In this document: positions 50,599 to 62,641 of the stretch, in pieces
Numbering within the stretch: position 1 is the first letter of the stretch
Layout: every line of letters begins with the position of its first letter
NCBI GenBank assembly: GCA_045837725.1
Contig: JBEWZL010000243.1
Coordinates: 124,001-188,000, forward strand
Direction: 5' to 3'
Length of the DNA stretch: 64,000 nucleotides
DNA from: Vermamoeba vermiformis
Lineage: Eukaryota
Program-made: the position numbers and the translations under genes
Notes under the pieces: model-generated
Told to the model about the DNA's origin: nothing
Database searches by the model: none
The model's input: only the letters and a program-made list of their open reading frames with translations

Positions 50599-51065
50599 TT
50601 TGTTGTTGATTAATTGATATAAAATACTATTTGTTGTGCACTATATGCTTGGTGTAATGAAATTGACAAACAAATGCGCTGACTAATTTTATAAGATATT
50701 TCACTGACTCGTTCATGAAAAAATTGATTTCGGTTTCTATTTCTATTTCCACCTAATTGTTCAGTGAACCATATTTGATCGTGGTATTGTTGAGGCAAAA
50801 CTACGATCCTAAGGCGTTGAATAACAATCTCTGAATAGGACCTCTTGATCTGGATTCGAGCCAGGAAGAGCTAATCCAGCTTTTAAGCTCAGAAAACCCA
50901 TTTATATCAATAAAGTTTGTTGTGCATTTCGAAGCGGCATTAATATTCACAACTCCACGCTCCGCAGCCAAAATTTCTATTTTAGGGTTGGATCCGCTCC
51001 GCTGTGCACTTTTTAACGGGACGAAAATCATTTTTTCGAACATGCATCCTTGTAGATAGAGCAAC

Positions 51066-53124
51066 ATGTTACCTATTGTAGAATTATTAATAGTCGCTGG
51101 AGCTCTGTGGGTACTTTCAAAGTACATCAAGTACAGGAATCACCGAAAGTATGGTATTCCTGGCCCGGAGCCTATTTTCCCATTTGGAAATGTTTTAACT
51201 ATTCTCAATAAGATCAGGTAAGTTATTAAACAGCTGACATTCTGATTACGTGCTGACTTTTGGAAACAAAAATACAAAAAAATTAATTATTAAATCACCA
51301 ACAGAAACAAAACCATGAACGAATGGCGTATTGGGTTGCATAAAATATATGGACCTGTAGTACAAGTATACGGCTGGTTTGGTGCTCCTTCTTTTGTTTA
51401 CGTTGATGATCCCGAGTTGGTAGACTTAGTGACTGTCAAAAACAACTATGTTAAGATCCCTCAGTTCGTAAGTACATTAATAATTATATTTTCCACTGGC
51501 TCGTCCTTATAAGCCGGCGAATTAAGACTCGAAATTGAATCTGATCGTTGTTGTCAGTACGAACGTCTTCAAAAACTTACTGGACACGGTCTGTTCACTG
51601 AACTCGACCAAGGAAAATGGAAGCAACAACGTCGCACGATTAGCCATGCATTTTCCAACCTTAACATTCGTCATCAAATCCCGATCTTGCAACAAAAACT
51701 TAAGGTCATGATCCAAAAATTTCATCAAAAAGCAGCCACGCAAGAAGTCGTACGTACAATAGCTTTATCATATAACGAAATTAACTAATGCATGCTTAGA
51801 TTGATCTTGATAACTGGTTCATTATGCTGACGCTTGACTTCATCGGTGAATCCGCTTTTGGCGTCACTTTTGACACGCTAGGCAGAGAAAAACCGAACGA
51901 TATTGTCGAAATTATCAACTTCAGCATTCAGTAAGAATAGAATATCATAAATATAAGTAGATCCAGTAGCTAAGATCCCTTCTTTTAGTACCATTTTAGA
52001 GTCACTAAGAAAGCCCTGGTTGTCCTTGCCGTTCAATCCAAGTGTCATGAAAATGAACGCTGGACTGAAGAAACTGCGCGGCATGGTGCGTGGTATTATG
52101 GATGAATATAGAGCCAAGCATAAGGTACGCAAAGTAGTTCCCTTACAAATTGTTCACGTCAAAAAAATCACGTGATCAACAGTCTTATCGAGATATTTAT
52201 TCACGTGGCTAATATTGTATCTTATTTAATTAGAATACGGAACAAGCAGCAGACAAAGAACAATCGCTGTTCGAGTTATTGCTGTCGTTGAAAGATCCAG
52301 AGACAGGCATTGGACTCGACGACGAAGTGATCATTGACAACGTCATCACATTTTTATTCGCTGGTACGTAATAAGAACTTAACATAGTATTTATTGGCTG
52401 ACACGTGATTTCCTTTTTCCTTTTTAGGGCATGACACTACCGCGCACTCGATGGCATTCACAATCTACGAGCTGTGTCGCAATCCTGACATTTTGAAGAA
52501 AGCGCGCGAAGAAATTGACGCTGTGTTAGGTGACGCTGAGATTGCTGATGCATCGCACATGGGCAAGTTGGAGTACTTGGAGATGATCGTCAAAGTAAGT
52601 GCCAAGACTAACAACCATATTACAGTTATGAGAGTGCCGGGCTAATGTTACTATAGGAATCGTTGCGTAAACATCCTTCAGCTGGTGGCACTGGCAGACT
52701 GTTAGAAGAGGACTACGAGTACAATGGACTCGTGCTGCCGAAGGGCTCAATGATCTTCTGCGCAGCTATTACAATGCACAATAACGAGAAATATTATCCC
52801 GAGCCCGCTAAATTCATTCCTGAACGGTAAGAAAACTCAATCAGCCGTTCACTGAACCAAAAATAATTTTGATAATTTTTTGTTAGGTTCTCAAAAGAAG
52901 CAATCAAACAACGACCACCAGGCAGTTATTTCCCGTTCAGTCGCGGTGCTCGTGATTGCATTGGCAAGAACTTGGCGATGACTGAAGAGCTGATCGTATT
53001 GTCTACCTTATTGAAGCAATTTGATTTCAAACTTGTCGAGGGTTATCAACTCGAAAAACGATTTTCCATCACTGTTGGACCCACGAATGGCCTCATGTTG
53101 AACGTACTCGAACGCAAACATTAA
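51066..53124 (+). CDS. Cytochrome P450 (CYP4/CYP46-like)
   Basis: TM anchor with IPGPEP, WKQQRR, FLFAGHDTT, KESLR, FIPERF, FPFSRGARDCIG. Confidence 0.95.
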
Positions 53125-53183
53125 TAATATGTGTGCCCCTTGTCGAATGTAAATAGAACCATCTTTCATATTGGAAGCAGGTC

Positions 53184-54748
53184 TTATAGTTTATTTTGCG
53201 CACTTTGAGCGATAATTCCATCAGCCAAATGATAGCCTGACAAAAATGCACCTGCAGCACGAACACTATTAGCCGTGTACTAATAAGGTTAAAATGACAA
53301 TTAAGGAACGTACCTTCAACGCGAGGACCACCGCACCAATCACCACAGACACCGAGACTCTTGCTAGCATCGAACAGATAGCTCTCTTTAAGTACTTTTT
53401 GCGGCGCAGCAAATCTCCAGCGATGCGCGGTGGAGTACAACAAGTCGTCGTTGTTCACTCCTGGCACGGTCTGCGTACAAAAAAGGTAATATTAGTAATG
53501 ATAGAAATAAATATTAGGTGGCAATAATAACAGTACTTCTAAGAATGTCTTCAATAACTTTTGTTCGATCTCTTTCGCGTCCTCTTCCAAGTGTTCCTTG
53601 GACCAGTCACCTGAACCATGAACGACCCAGCAATCGAATTTATCTGAGTATTAATACCATACTTATATTAGAGATATCGTTAATACAGTACTTTGTTGTT
53701 ATGTAACGTACCGGATCTGCCAGGCTTAGAACTGTTTCGCGCTATCCACGACATGGGACTGCCATTGACAAACGCGCCATCAAAACCAACATTCTGTTTG
53801 TGTTTGAATGCGAGCATGAGGCACCAGCACGGATTGATAGACACTTCGTGCTTGATCTTGGCAGCGAACTCGTCCTGCACGCCCTGCAACAGTTCTTCGG
53901 TCTGTGGCGCGGGACAGGTCAACACGACACCTTGATATGTACCCAAGTCCTATAATCATATCTCGTGTCAAACTAATGGATCAGATCTACCGTGTCAAAA
54001 GTTGACACGTGTCATTGAGGCTACTATAAAAGGAAATTCCGATTCGTACCTGACCCTTGTCATCGACCAGTGACCACTCTTTGGCGTCAGTCCACTTCAA
54101 TTGAGCGACGCGTGTGTTGTATTTGATGTGTGCAGACAGATCTGCAGCCATTTGTTTGACCAACGAACTGTTTCCTGGGACTGCAACGTATCTATAACAG
54201 TATATTAATATACGCTTATGGAAAAATATGGAGAATTTTACCTTGTTTGGGAGTCTTTTGTGTTTGAAATTGAACCGTTTTCAATAACCTACAGAGTAAG
54301 ATTAAGAATAATTATAAATAGCATATATATTGCCTTACTTTAATAACGCCAGTCCATTCTTTAACTTGGCCGCTCTGGATCAATTTTTCAACAAAATTTT
54401 TAAAAGCATCACTGCGCGCTGTGAAATACTACCAAACGTAAGAATAATCACAAAATTATATTTAAAATATTTACTTGTGCTCCGTGATCAAATGCATAGT
54501 CTTCTCCTACGCGTCGTGTGCTCAGGCGACCTCCGGATCCTTTTCAAAAACAAAAATCAAACTTAAAACAATTCCTAATTATTAAATTCGAGTGTAGAAT
54601 TTTAATACATTATGTAGGATAATTAAGGATAATTACCTCGTGATTTTTCAAAAACGGTGACTTTAAATCCCGCGTCTGATAGTTTCTTTGAACAGATCAA
54701 GCCTGAGAGACCTGCGCCAACGATGGCAAATGATTTTTGTCGTGACAT
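53184..54748 (-). CDS. Renalase-like NAD/FAD-dependent oxidoreductase
   Basis: IVGAGLSGL..FEKSRG.GGRLSTRR..FDHGAQYFT, HRWRFA, CGDWCGGPRVEGAFLSG. Confidence 0.92.
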
Positions 54749-54897
54749 GGTTCAGTTGTGACTACTTATGGCAGTATTTGAATGAAACGTCTCGAGACAC
54801 AAAGTCAGATCTTAAAAAGGTAATCGCGCGACCTAACAAGCTTTTGTACAGATAAAACCTTTCAAACGCGCTGCTTATTCAATACTACAATTCAAAC

Positions 54898-55573
54898 ATG
54901 AGAGCAACACACTTCTTATTAATATTAGCGGTCTTGGGCGCTGTTTACGCCGCGGACTACGAGCATCCAAAGTACCAGCTTTTGAAAGAGCAAAACGGCT
55001 ATCAAATCAGAGCCTACGCCGTGGATCAAGATCAAGTATGGTCTGAGACCAGCGTCGAGTCAGGATACTTCATGGTTGCTGAGAACAAATGCTTCGGAAG
55101 GCTGTTCGATTACATCCAAGGAAACAACGCTGCATCTCAAAAGATTGCTATGACTACGCCTGTTTCCATTAGTGTCAACGAGGAGGGTACTGTCTATACC
55201 CAGAGATTCTTCGTGCCTGCCGCGATCGGCAAGAATGTAAGCCTTAATCTCTTAATTAACATTATACGGACAATTTACGGACAAATTCAAATTGAAGATC
55301 TGGACTAACAGTACGCGTCATAAATAGGCCCCTACTCCTACCGACCCCGAGGTTAAGATTGTTACGTTGAAGAAGCACGTCGTTGCCAGCATTGAGTTTG
55401 GCGGATGGGCGACTTGGTCTAACTGGCAATACTACCAAGAACAATTGATTGAAAAGCTCCACGCTGATGGCATTGCCTTGGACGATAGCATGCCTATTCG
55501 TTTGTGCGGATACAACTCTCCCTTCGAAATCTTCAATCGCAAGAACGAAGTCTGGGTTCCTATCAAGTACTAA
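54898..55573 (+). CDS. Secreted SOUL/heme-binding protein
   Basis: Signal peptide, E.PKY..YQIRAY, F.RLF.YIQG.N...KIAMTTPV, YNSPF..NRKNEVW. Confidence 0.92.
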
Positions 55574-55795
55574 GCCGGCTTTAGACCCTAGTATTAGAAA
55601 TTTAAAACTAGTTTATTGGTTAGAATAAATTTACAGATAGTTATTGGAATGTACATACAGTTTTTAATGCACTACATCTGCCACAGAAGACCTCGTTCGT
55701 TAATAAGGTTTTATTTACATCGTTAAAATTATCCACAGTTATAATACACTACTTTGCTGCAAGTCAAAATTGTTTAGAGTGACGCTGATCTGCAA

Positions 55796-56412
55796 TTATT
55801 TGGACGCTTCGTTGAGGGCCTTTGACAACCAGTCCAAGCCTTCGTAGAGGCCGTCACCGCTCTTAGCGCAGCAAGCCTGGCAGTGCCACTGACGAGTACG
55901 ATAATCGGAGAGCTTCAGTCTGCTGGCAAGTGTATTGAGTGGAATGGCATGCGGCAGATCTTGCTTGTTCGCGAAGACTAAGAGAGGCACGCCAGCGAGA
56001 TCTGGTGCTTCCATGAGTCCTTTAATCTCAGCCTCAGCATCTTCGACGCGGTCTGTGTCGTTAGAGTCGACGACATAGATAACAGCATCGCTCATTCTGA
56101 AGTAGTGGTACCACAGCTTGCGGATCTTCTCTTGACCACCAATGTCCCATACTTTGAAGTTAATCTTGCCATAGTTAACCTCTTCTACATTGAAACCGAT
56201 AGTTGGGGTAGATTCAATGACATCGCCAAGGCGTAACTAGAAAGAGAAATCGGATTAGCAAATCTCGCTTAGGTTACTTTTAAAAATTCGATTATGTTGC
56301 TTACCTTGTACAAAATAGTGGTTTTACCGGCGTTATCGAGGCCGACCATCAAAATCTTGAAATCCTTCTTGGGATTCAATCGTGAAAAGAGTGAAGCAAC
56401 CCAGTTACCCAT
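55796..56412 (-). CDS. ADP-ribosylation factor (Arf/Arl) GTPase
   Basis: MGN (myristoylation Gly), [42 protein letters not shown]. Confidence 0.95.
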
Positions 56413-56749
56413 AGTGCTTGATTATTGCTTGATTTGTTGTTTAGATTCAAGTTCGAGATGAAAATAATATCCTGTCCATTTTTCGAATTTTTATAGCTGT
56501 CGGCTGACGTAAGGTTTCGCATTTTCAGATTTCAAGTAAAAAGCGAAGAACGAAACTTCAAACATTTGCAACGTCGGTGATATTATCTTGTATTGTTGCT
56601 AAATATAACATTGTTCCAAGATATTTCTCAATAATCTAGCGGTACTCGCGTATGTTCTTCACGAGAGAAGATCAAGCGAAAAGACCTTGTTTTGCCTCGA
56701 CCAAATGTGTTCAAACGAAAGAATAATATAATCTACGTACTTTAATACA

Positions 56750-58186
56750 CTAATAAACACCGGAGATATCGTAAACAAAGGCATCGTTGGACACATCTCC
56801 AGCCTTTGGATCAACATACCCTGTACTCGCGATTAGCTCGATTTTGTTAATATAAGTAAGCCTACCTCCAAAGATAAACAATTTTCCGGGCTCGAGCACT
56901 GAATAGGCAGTGTCACTTCTTAGCTGTGGTGCCACTCTGCTCATTGTCTTCTTCGTCATCCACGTTGCATTGTCTGATCCACTAGTAAGCTCTCAACTAT
57001 AGCATCACAACTAATATATAGACGTACCGAAATCAAAGTAATTAGTGGCATTCCACTCGGTGATTTGACCAGGACCAATGCCACCCCACACGAAGACGTA
57101 TTGTCCGTGGCTAATGGACAAATGACCACCGCGCTTTTCAGGCACGGGACCTTTTTGCTGCACTCGTTCCCATGTAAGAGTTTCTATATTAGGCATTAGC
57201 TAGTGCAGCAACAATCACCGAACACGTACTCAAGTCCAACACATCCATGTCTGTCACGAGTTGACTGGTAGAGTTGCACCAGCCACCAAAAGCAACCAAT
57301 TTGTTTTGATGCACGACAGCGCTGTGTCTCTTCTTAGGCTCAGGTAACTCGCCCTTGCTAGGCACTCGTGACCAAGTCAATTTGTCTGTGAAAAATTAAG
57401 TGTGAGCGGCATTGTTGACACCTTGGTGAAACGTACCCAAATCAAGTGCAAACAGATTGTCTTGTTCTAAATTAACATTGGCACCGCCTAGAATATAAAG
57501 CTGACGACCAACAAGCGATGCAGTGTGGTAGGCACGAGGAGTAGGGGCTGCAATACCAATGTGAACACGTGTCTTTTGATCGATGTCACGCACTTACCAG
57601 CACCTTCAGTCGTAGGACGAGACCATGTCAAAGTCTTCGTGTCGAGCACATATAGATTGCTTGTGCAGCCACCGACTGCCTCACCCCCGAACACCCAGAT
57701 CTGAGTATCATTCACCACCGTTGCAGAGTGACTAAAAGTATTGCAATCAATAATTCTGCCATTATAATAATATCAATAATGCGTACCCCCAACTAGCAGG
57801 TGGTTTATCTCCCGTTGTGGTTAATTTGGTCCATGTCCACGAACCTACGTAAACAATTTTGGTAAGTAAATTTCAATTTAAAGTGGCAATATCGCTGTAT
57901 TATTAATTATGCACGATAGAAGGCGATTTATTAATGCTAAATAAAATTTTAATTTGATCGTGATTCGAATTTTGTCAAAGATTTTCTTTACCTTTATCGA
58001 TCGCGTAGACGTCAGGGAAGGTTTCATTCTTCTTTGTTCCTCCAATAATGTACACTACAATTTACGATAATAAGAACGAGACCAAGTTAGCTTAGTCGCT
58101 TTACCTTTGTCCCCAACAGTTGCAGCAGATGCTGAGTGTCTTGCTGCTGGGATATCGCCTTTGGCTGCAACTTTGGTCCACGACAT
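56750..58186 (-). CDS. Kelch-repeat beta-propeller protein
   Basis: About 6 blades of PxxRxxH..[IV]FGG..D...TW. The 3' end is uncertain. Confidence 0.88.
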
Positions 58187-58394
58187 TTTGTTTGCTACGA
58201 AGCCTCGAAATAATTGTGAATACGAGGAGCAACTTTGCCTTGCCGCTTGTTCGGCACGTGTCATTTTATATCTCAAAAAAAAACCGCGCAATTTTGCGTT
58301 TAGCGTCCCTCATTAGTTTAAAAACAAGAGAGGAAAGCCAATAAAAACAATTATATTCATATTTATTGTCAATATTTCCTGTTAATATGAAACG

Positions 58395-61186
58395 ATGGCG
58401 AATCCGCTAGCTTCAAATCCCGAGCAGTCTCTGTAAGTGCCAAGAAGACAATAATTCTTCGAAAATTAATATTTAATTATGGATAAATTAATTGTAAGCT
58501 GGCTTCTTATCCTTGCTGGTTTGGACTAATCCGATCTTCTTAGGGTAGAGCAGGTGTACTTTAGCGCCGATAAAGCTGATATAGCAAAGCAACCATTATT
58601 AGCACAACGTAATTATGAAAAGTTGGCGAATGTTGTCCAGTACGTTCGTGGTTGATTTTTCTAAATATTTTAATTAATTCTTATAAATTAGAACGCAACA
58701 ATTAGCAGCAGAAGAAAACAAGAATAATGAATTAATATACGATTTAGCGGATCTACAGACAAATTGCTTTCAACCAAAACTCTCAGCTTTATTCGAATTT
58801 AATTACAAGAATATTTATCAACAATTACCACAGGTAACTAATAGTTAACCTAATAATCCGTCAATAATCTCAACTATTTTATTAGGATGTGTTACAAGCG
58901 GTGGCAAAGAGACTAACGGAGCCTAAATACCTGACCCCAATTAATTCCGACTTATTATTCAAGAATTTTCCGCTGCCAAAAGTCGTTGCCGCCCCGTCCA
59001 AGAAACCCTCGTTCAAACATTTCAAACCTATTGCACCACCGAACACCAATTCAAATAATACAACACAGAACAATAACAGCCATAATCATAATACTATGAA
59101 CAAGTCTAATGGTGCTAACACTTATGTCTCGCCGTTCAATCACGACTCCATGGAGATTGACAGCGACAACGGCAGTCACGTGATGAGCAATCAAAGTCAC
59201 GTGTCTGTCACCAATAACAACAGTCACGTGACCAGAAATCAACAGCCAGTCGCGTCTACCAGCAAAGATCAGCTGTTGCCATCACGAGCCAACAATACCA
59301 GCACTAATGCAGTCAATAAGACGAGTCCGCCGTTGCCTCAAAAACAACCGCCAGCAACAGGTGCTGGTAACAACACAGGCGCGAATAAATCGAATGGCAC
59401 AGCCAAGTCCACGCCCAATATGAACGCGATCACGAACTCGTTGTTGAACAAACGACCGCGCAATACATTCTACGGCAAGGCATCGGGCGAGAATGACGAC
59501 GAAGAGGAAGAACAGTCACCGCCGCAACAACAGGACAAGCCAAGGGACTTCAAGACTGGATTTGAACGATTGGTACGTCCTTATTTAATATTATTATATA
59601 AGAGCTAGTACTTTATAATGTCCCGTGGAATTGGTGCAGCTTATTAACGGATTTAATACCTTTTCTATGGTCAAAATTACAATGCTAACTAGCATGTTGA
59701 CAGCAAGAAGAAAATGCCAAAAATGGACAAGCGACAACATCAACCTCGGGTGCGAATTCAAGGACGCAACTGTTAGGCAAGCGAAAGAGAAATTTCCAAA
59801 CACCGTTCAAGAAATCGCCCGAAGAGGAAGAAGAAGAGGCACGTGCTGCGAAGAAAGCCAAAGAGACGACAGAACAGCCGCTGTACAAGAACATTGATCC
59901 CGAGATGATTGAGCGCATTGAAAATGAAATTTTAGAGGCTGGCGTGCAAGTCAAGTTCGATGACATTGGTACGGTTCTATTAATAGGCACATCGATGTTA
60001 TTATTTTGCTGCTAATAATGTTTGTTTTGTTCAGCTGGTCTGGAGAACGTCAAGAAAACACTCGACGAGATGATTATTCAGCCTGCTAAACGACCGGACT
60101 TGTTTCAAGGCGTAAGTGTCAACGTGTCAAAGTGTCACACGCGCTCTTTCCTAATTTGGTAATGTCAGTTACGAGCTCCGCCACGTGGTCTGTTGTTGTT
60201 TGGACCGCCTGGCAACGGCAAGACCATGATTGCCAAGGCCATTGCGACTGAAGCAGGCTTGACCTTCTTTTCCATCTCCGCCTCGTCTTTGACGTCCAAG
60301 TGGGTAAGTGACAGCAGAAATAGATTTTGCCTAATATAGTACCCGAACTAAATTCTTGCAAAGATTGGTGAAGGTGAAAAAATGGTTCGAGCGTTGTTTG
60401 CGGTCGCCAAAGTCCATCAGCCATCGTTCATTTTCATCGACGAAATTGACGCGTTGTTGGCCATGAGAAGCAACGAAGAACACGAGTCCTCGCGCCGTCT
60501 GAAAAACGAGTTCTTGACGCAGTTTGATGGCGCAACTACCTCGGCCAAAGAACGTGTCACGGTGATGGGTGCCACGAACAGACCGCAAGACCTCGATGAA
60601 GCTGCTAGACGTCGGTTGGTACGGCGTGAATTCGATCAGAACTGTTTGCCTGGCCGTTATTAACATTGCCTAATTAGGTCAGAAGAATTTACGTGCCATT
60701 GCCCGGCAAAGAAGCGCGCATGCATTTGATGCAACACTTGCTGTCGAATGAATCACACGTGCTCACTCGCGGTGATTTGGAGAAGTTGGGTGACATGACC
60801 GAGGGTAAGTTCATAGGGCTTATTACCATATTAGGCGAATTTTTGAAACTGGTTCCGGGATCTTTCACGTCACTTTTGATCGCGTTTTTGAGCTTAGTAA
60901 TTGATTATAAGGACTGAAATCTTATGAAAAGTATTTAGTCTCGAGTACTAACATGTCCAAATAAGGTTATTCCGGTCACGATATTACGAATTTGTGCAAA
61001 GATGCGGCAATGGGTCCGCTTCGAGAACATCAATCGTACATTGCCACAGTCGATGAAGCACTGATTAGACCAGTGAATATGGATGACTTTAGAGCCTCAT
61101 TGACGAGGATCAAGCCGAGTGTGGCCCCTGAAGAGACACAGCAGTTTGAAGATTGGAACACCAAGTTTGGTGTCTCGGCATTTTGA
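58395..61186 (+). CDS. Fidgetin-like/spastin-family AAA+ ATPase
   Basis: [85 protein letters not shown], and a Vps4-like C-terminus WNTKFG. Confidence 0.93.
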
Positions 61187-61378
61187 GATCGCACGTGTAA
61201 TAAATTCGATCCTTCTTGTACAAACGACCGTTTAATGGTAAAATCAGCGATTATTGAAACTCTTCCAAGCCTCTAAGGTCCGAAGATTGCAATCGGAAAA
61301 AGCACAATTGAGTCATCACAGATCCGGAAAATTCCTTAAAATCAGTGTTCAGTTTACTATATTAGTTAATTCAGTTAA

Positions 61379-62498
61379 CTATTTACCGCCTTTATTTTTA
61401 GCGCGTTGTTTTGCCTGAGCTTTCTTCGCGGCGACGAGTTCCACTTGTGAGCGCAGATAGAAATGAGCTGTGGTGCCGTTACACTTAATGTATTGGGGCT
61501 TTAATCCATTCTCAATGAGGTCTTGATCGGTGAGTCTGAATCGGTCCTTGAGATCTGTTTTTTTAATCAGTTTGTACTTGTCCAAGGTACGACACGTCAA
61601 ACACATCCGCGCTGAAACTGGATAGAAAAAGTAGCTGGAACTCGTCAAAGCGCCGCACTCTATGCAAGTTTCCTATAAACAATATTAATAAAGTGCTCTC
61701 TGGCAATTTATCCGCTGCGCTTACTTTTAACAGGTGCTTGAAATGTTGTTTCCAACTCGTGTCATCGTCTTTAGGCAGATCTGGGCACCAGTCTTGGCAA
61801 TACTCTAAAAAAAGATGATTATTATATATTGACTATATCATTCTTTGCTTACTTCGCCACAGAGCTTCGTCTTCGCCGAGCAACAACCACATCTTGCAGA
61901 CTTGAGCAGTTTTTGCGGCGTCTTTGGGAGGCAAATGCGTAAAAATCGTTGTAACGATTTCAACAGGCAGTGACTTAATATTATCAGCGGTAGTTATATT
62001 GAAGAGGGTCGGATCTGAAGAGATCGCGGATTTCAGCTACGAAAAACGGTGTCAGATTGACATTCGTGGCCACAATGATGTATAAATACCCTTTTAGATT
62101 TGCGCACATCTATATTATCTTCTGCAGGCCTCTTCTTTGTTGGTATGTGGGATTCTAAACCGGATTGAGATCGATCGAGTTAAATTGAATTAAATATCTG
62201 CTTACTGTTGACAGAATCCACGTAATTTTGTAAAATTATTTTATCCTCATCTGGTAGGTCTGCGTGGCCAATAAAAGCAGTAATCGAAAGTGGCGGCTCT
62301 GCCTAAAAAATTGTTAGATCGGGTCAAATAAACACCGTGTCAAGGTACCTTGTAGCAATTTAAATGGATAAATTTTGTCGCGGTGTAGCCCATGTATCCA
62401 CGTTCTGACAATGGTACTCTGAGTGCGCCTTTCGCAATCGTGGAATCGCAGTAGATGCACTTGGCTCGCGAAGTCGGAGATATTTCTATGATTGGCAT
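61379..62498 (-). CDS. PARP-type zinc finger - NLS - F-box - XPA-like DNA-binding domain fusion
   Basis: Six phase-consistent exons: IEISPTSRAKCIYC..I.KG.LR..HLNC; KKRP..RKSKRLK; SLPVEIVTTIFTHL..AQVCKMW..DEALWR; CIECG..SY..CLTCR..KYKLIKKTDLKDRFRLTDQDL..FYLRSQVE. Confidence 0.87.
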
Positions 62499-62641
62499 TG
62501 GTGGTTGCTTCTTGCTTGTATATGGCCTACAGCGAATTTTTGTGCATTTTTGTAATTTAATTTTGGTAAAATCCCATCGTGCAGGGAATTCTCGGAAAAA
62601 ATATCTACGGATCCGTAGATAGTTGCAACGAAAAGTCCTGT

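Noticed and set aside
59173-59233. Three GTCACGTG (E-box-like) copies
   Set aside because: They lie within a low-complexity coding region of the AAA ATPase and are explained by repeated Ser-His-Val codons.
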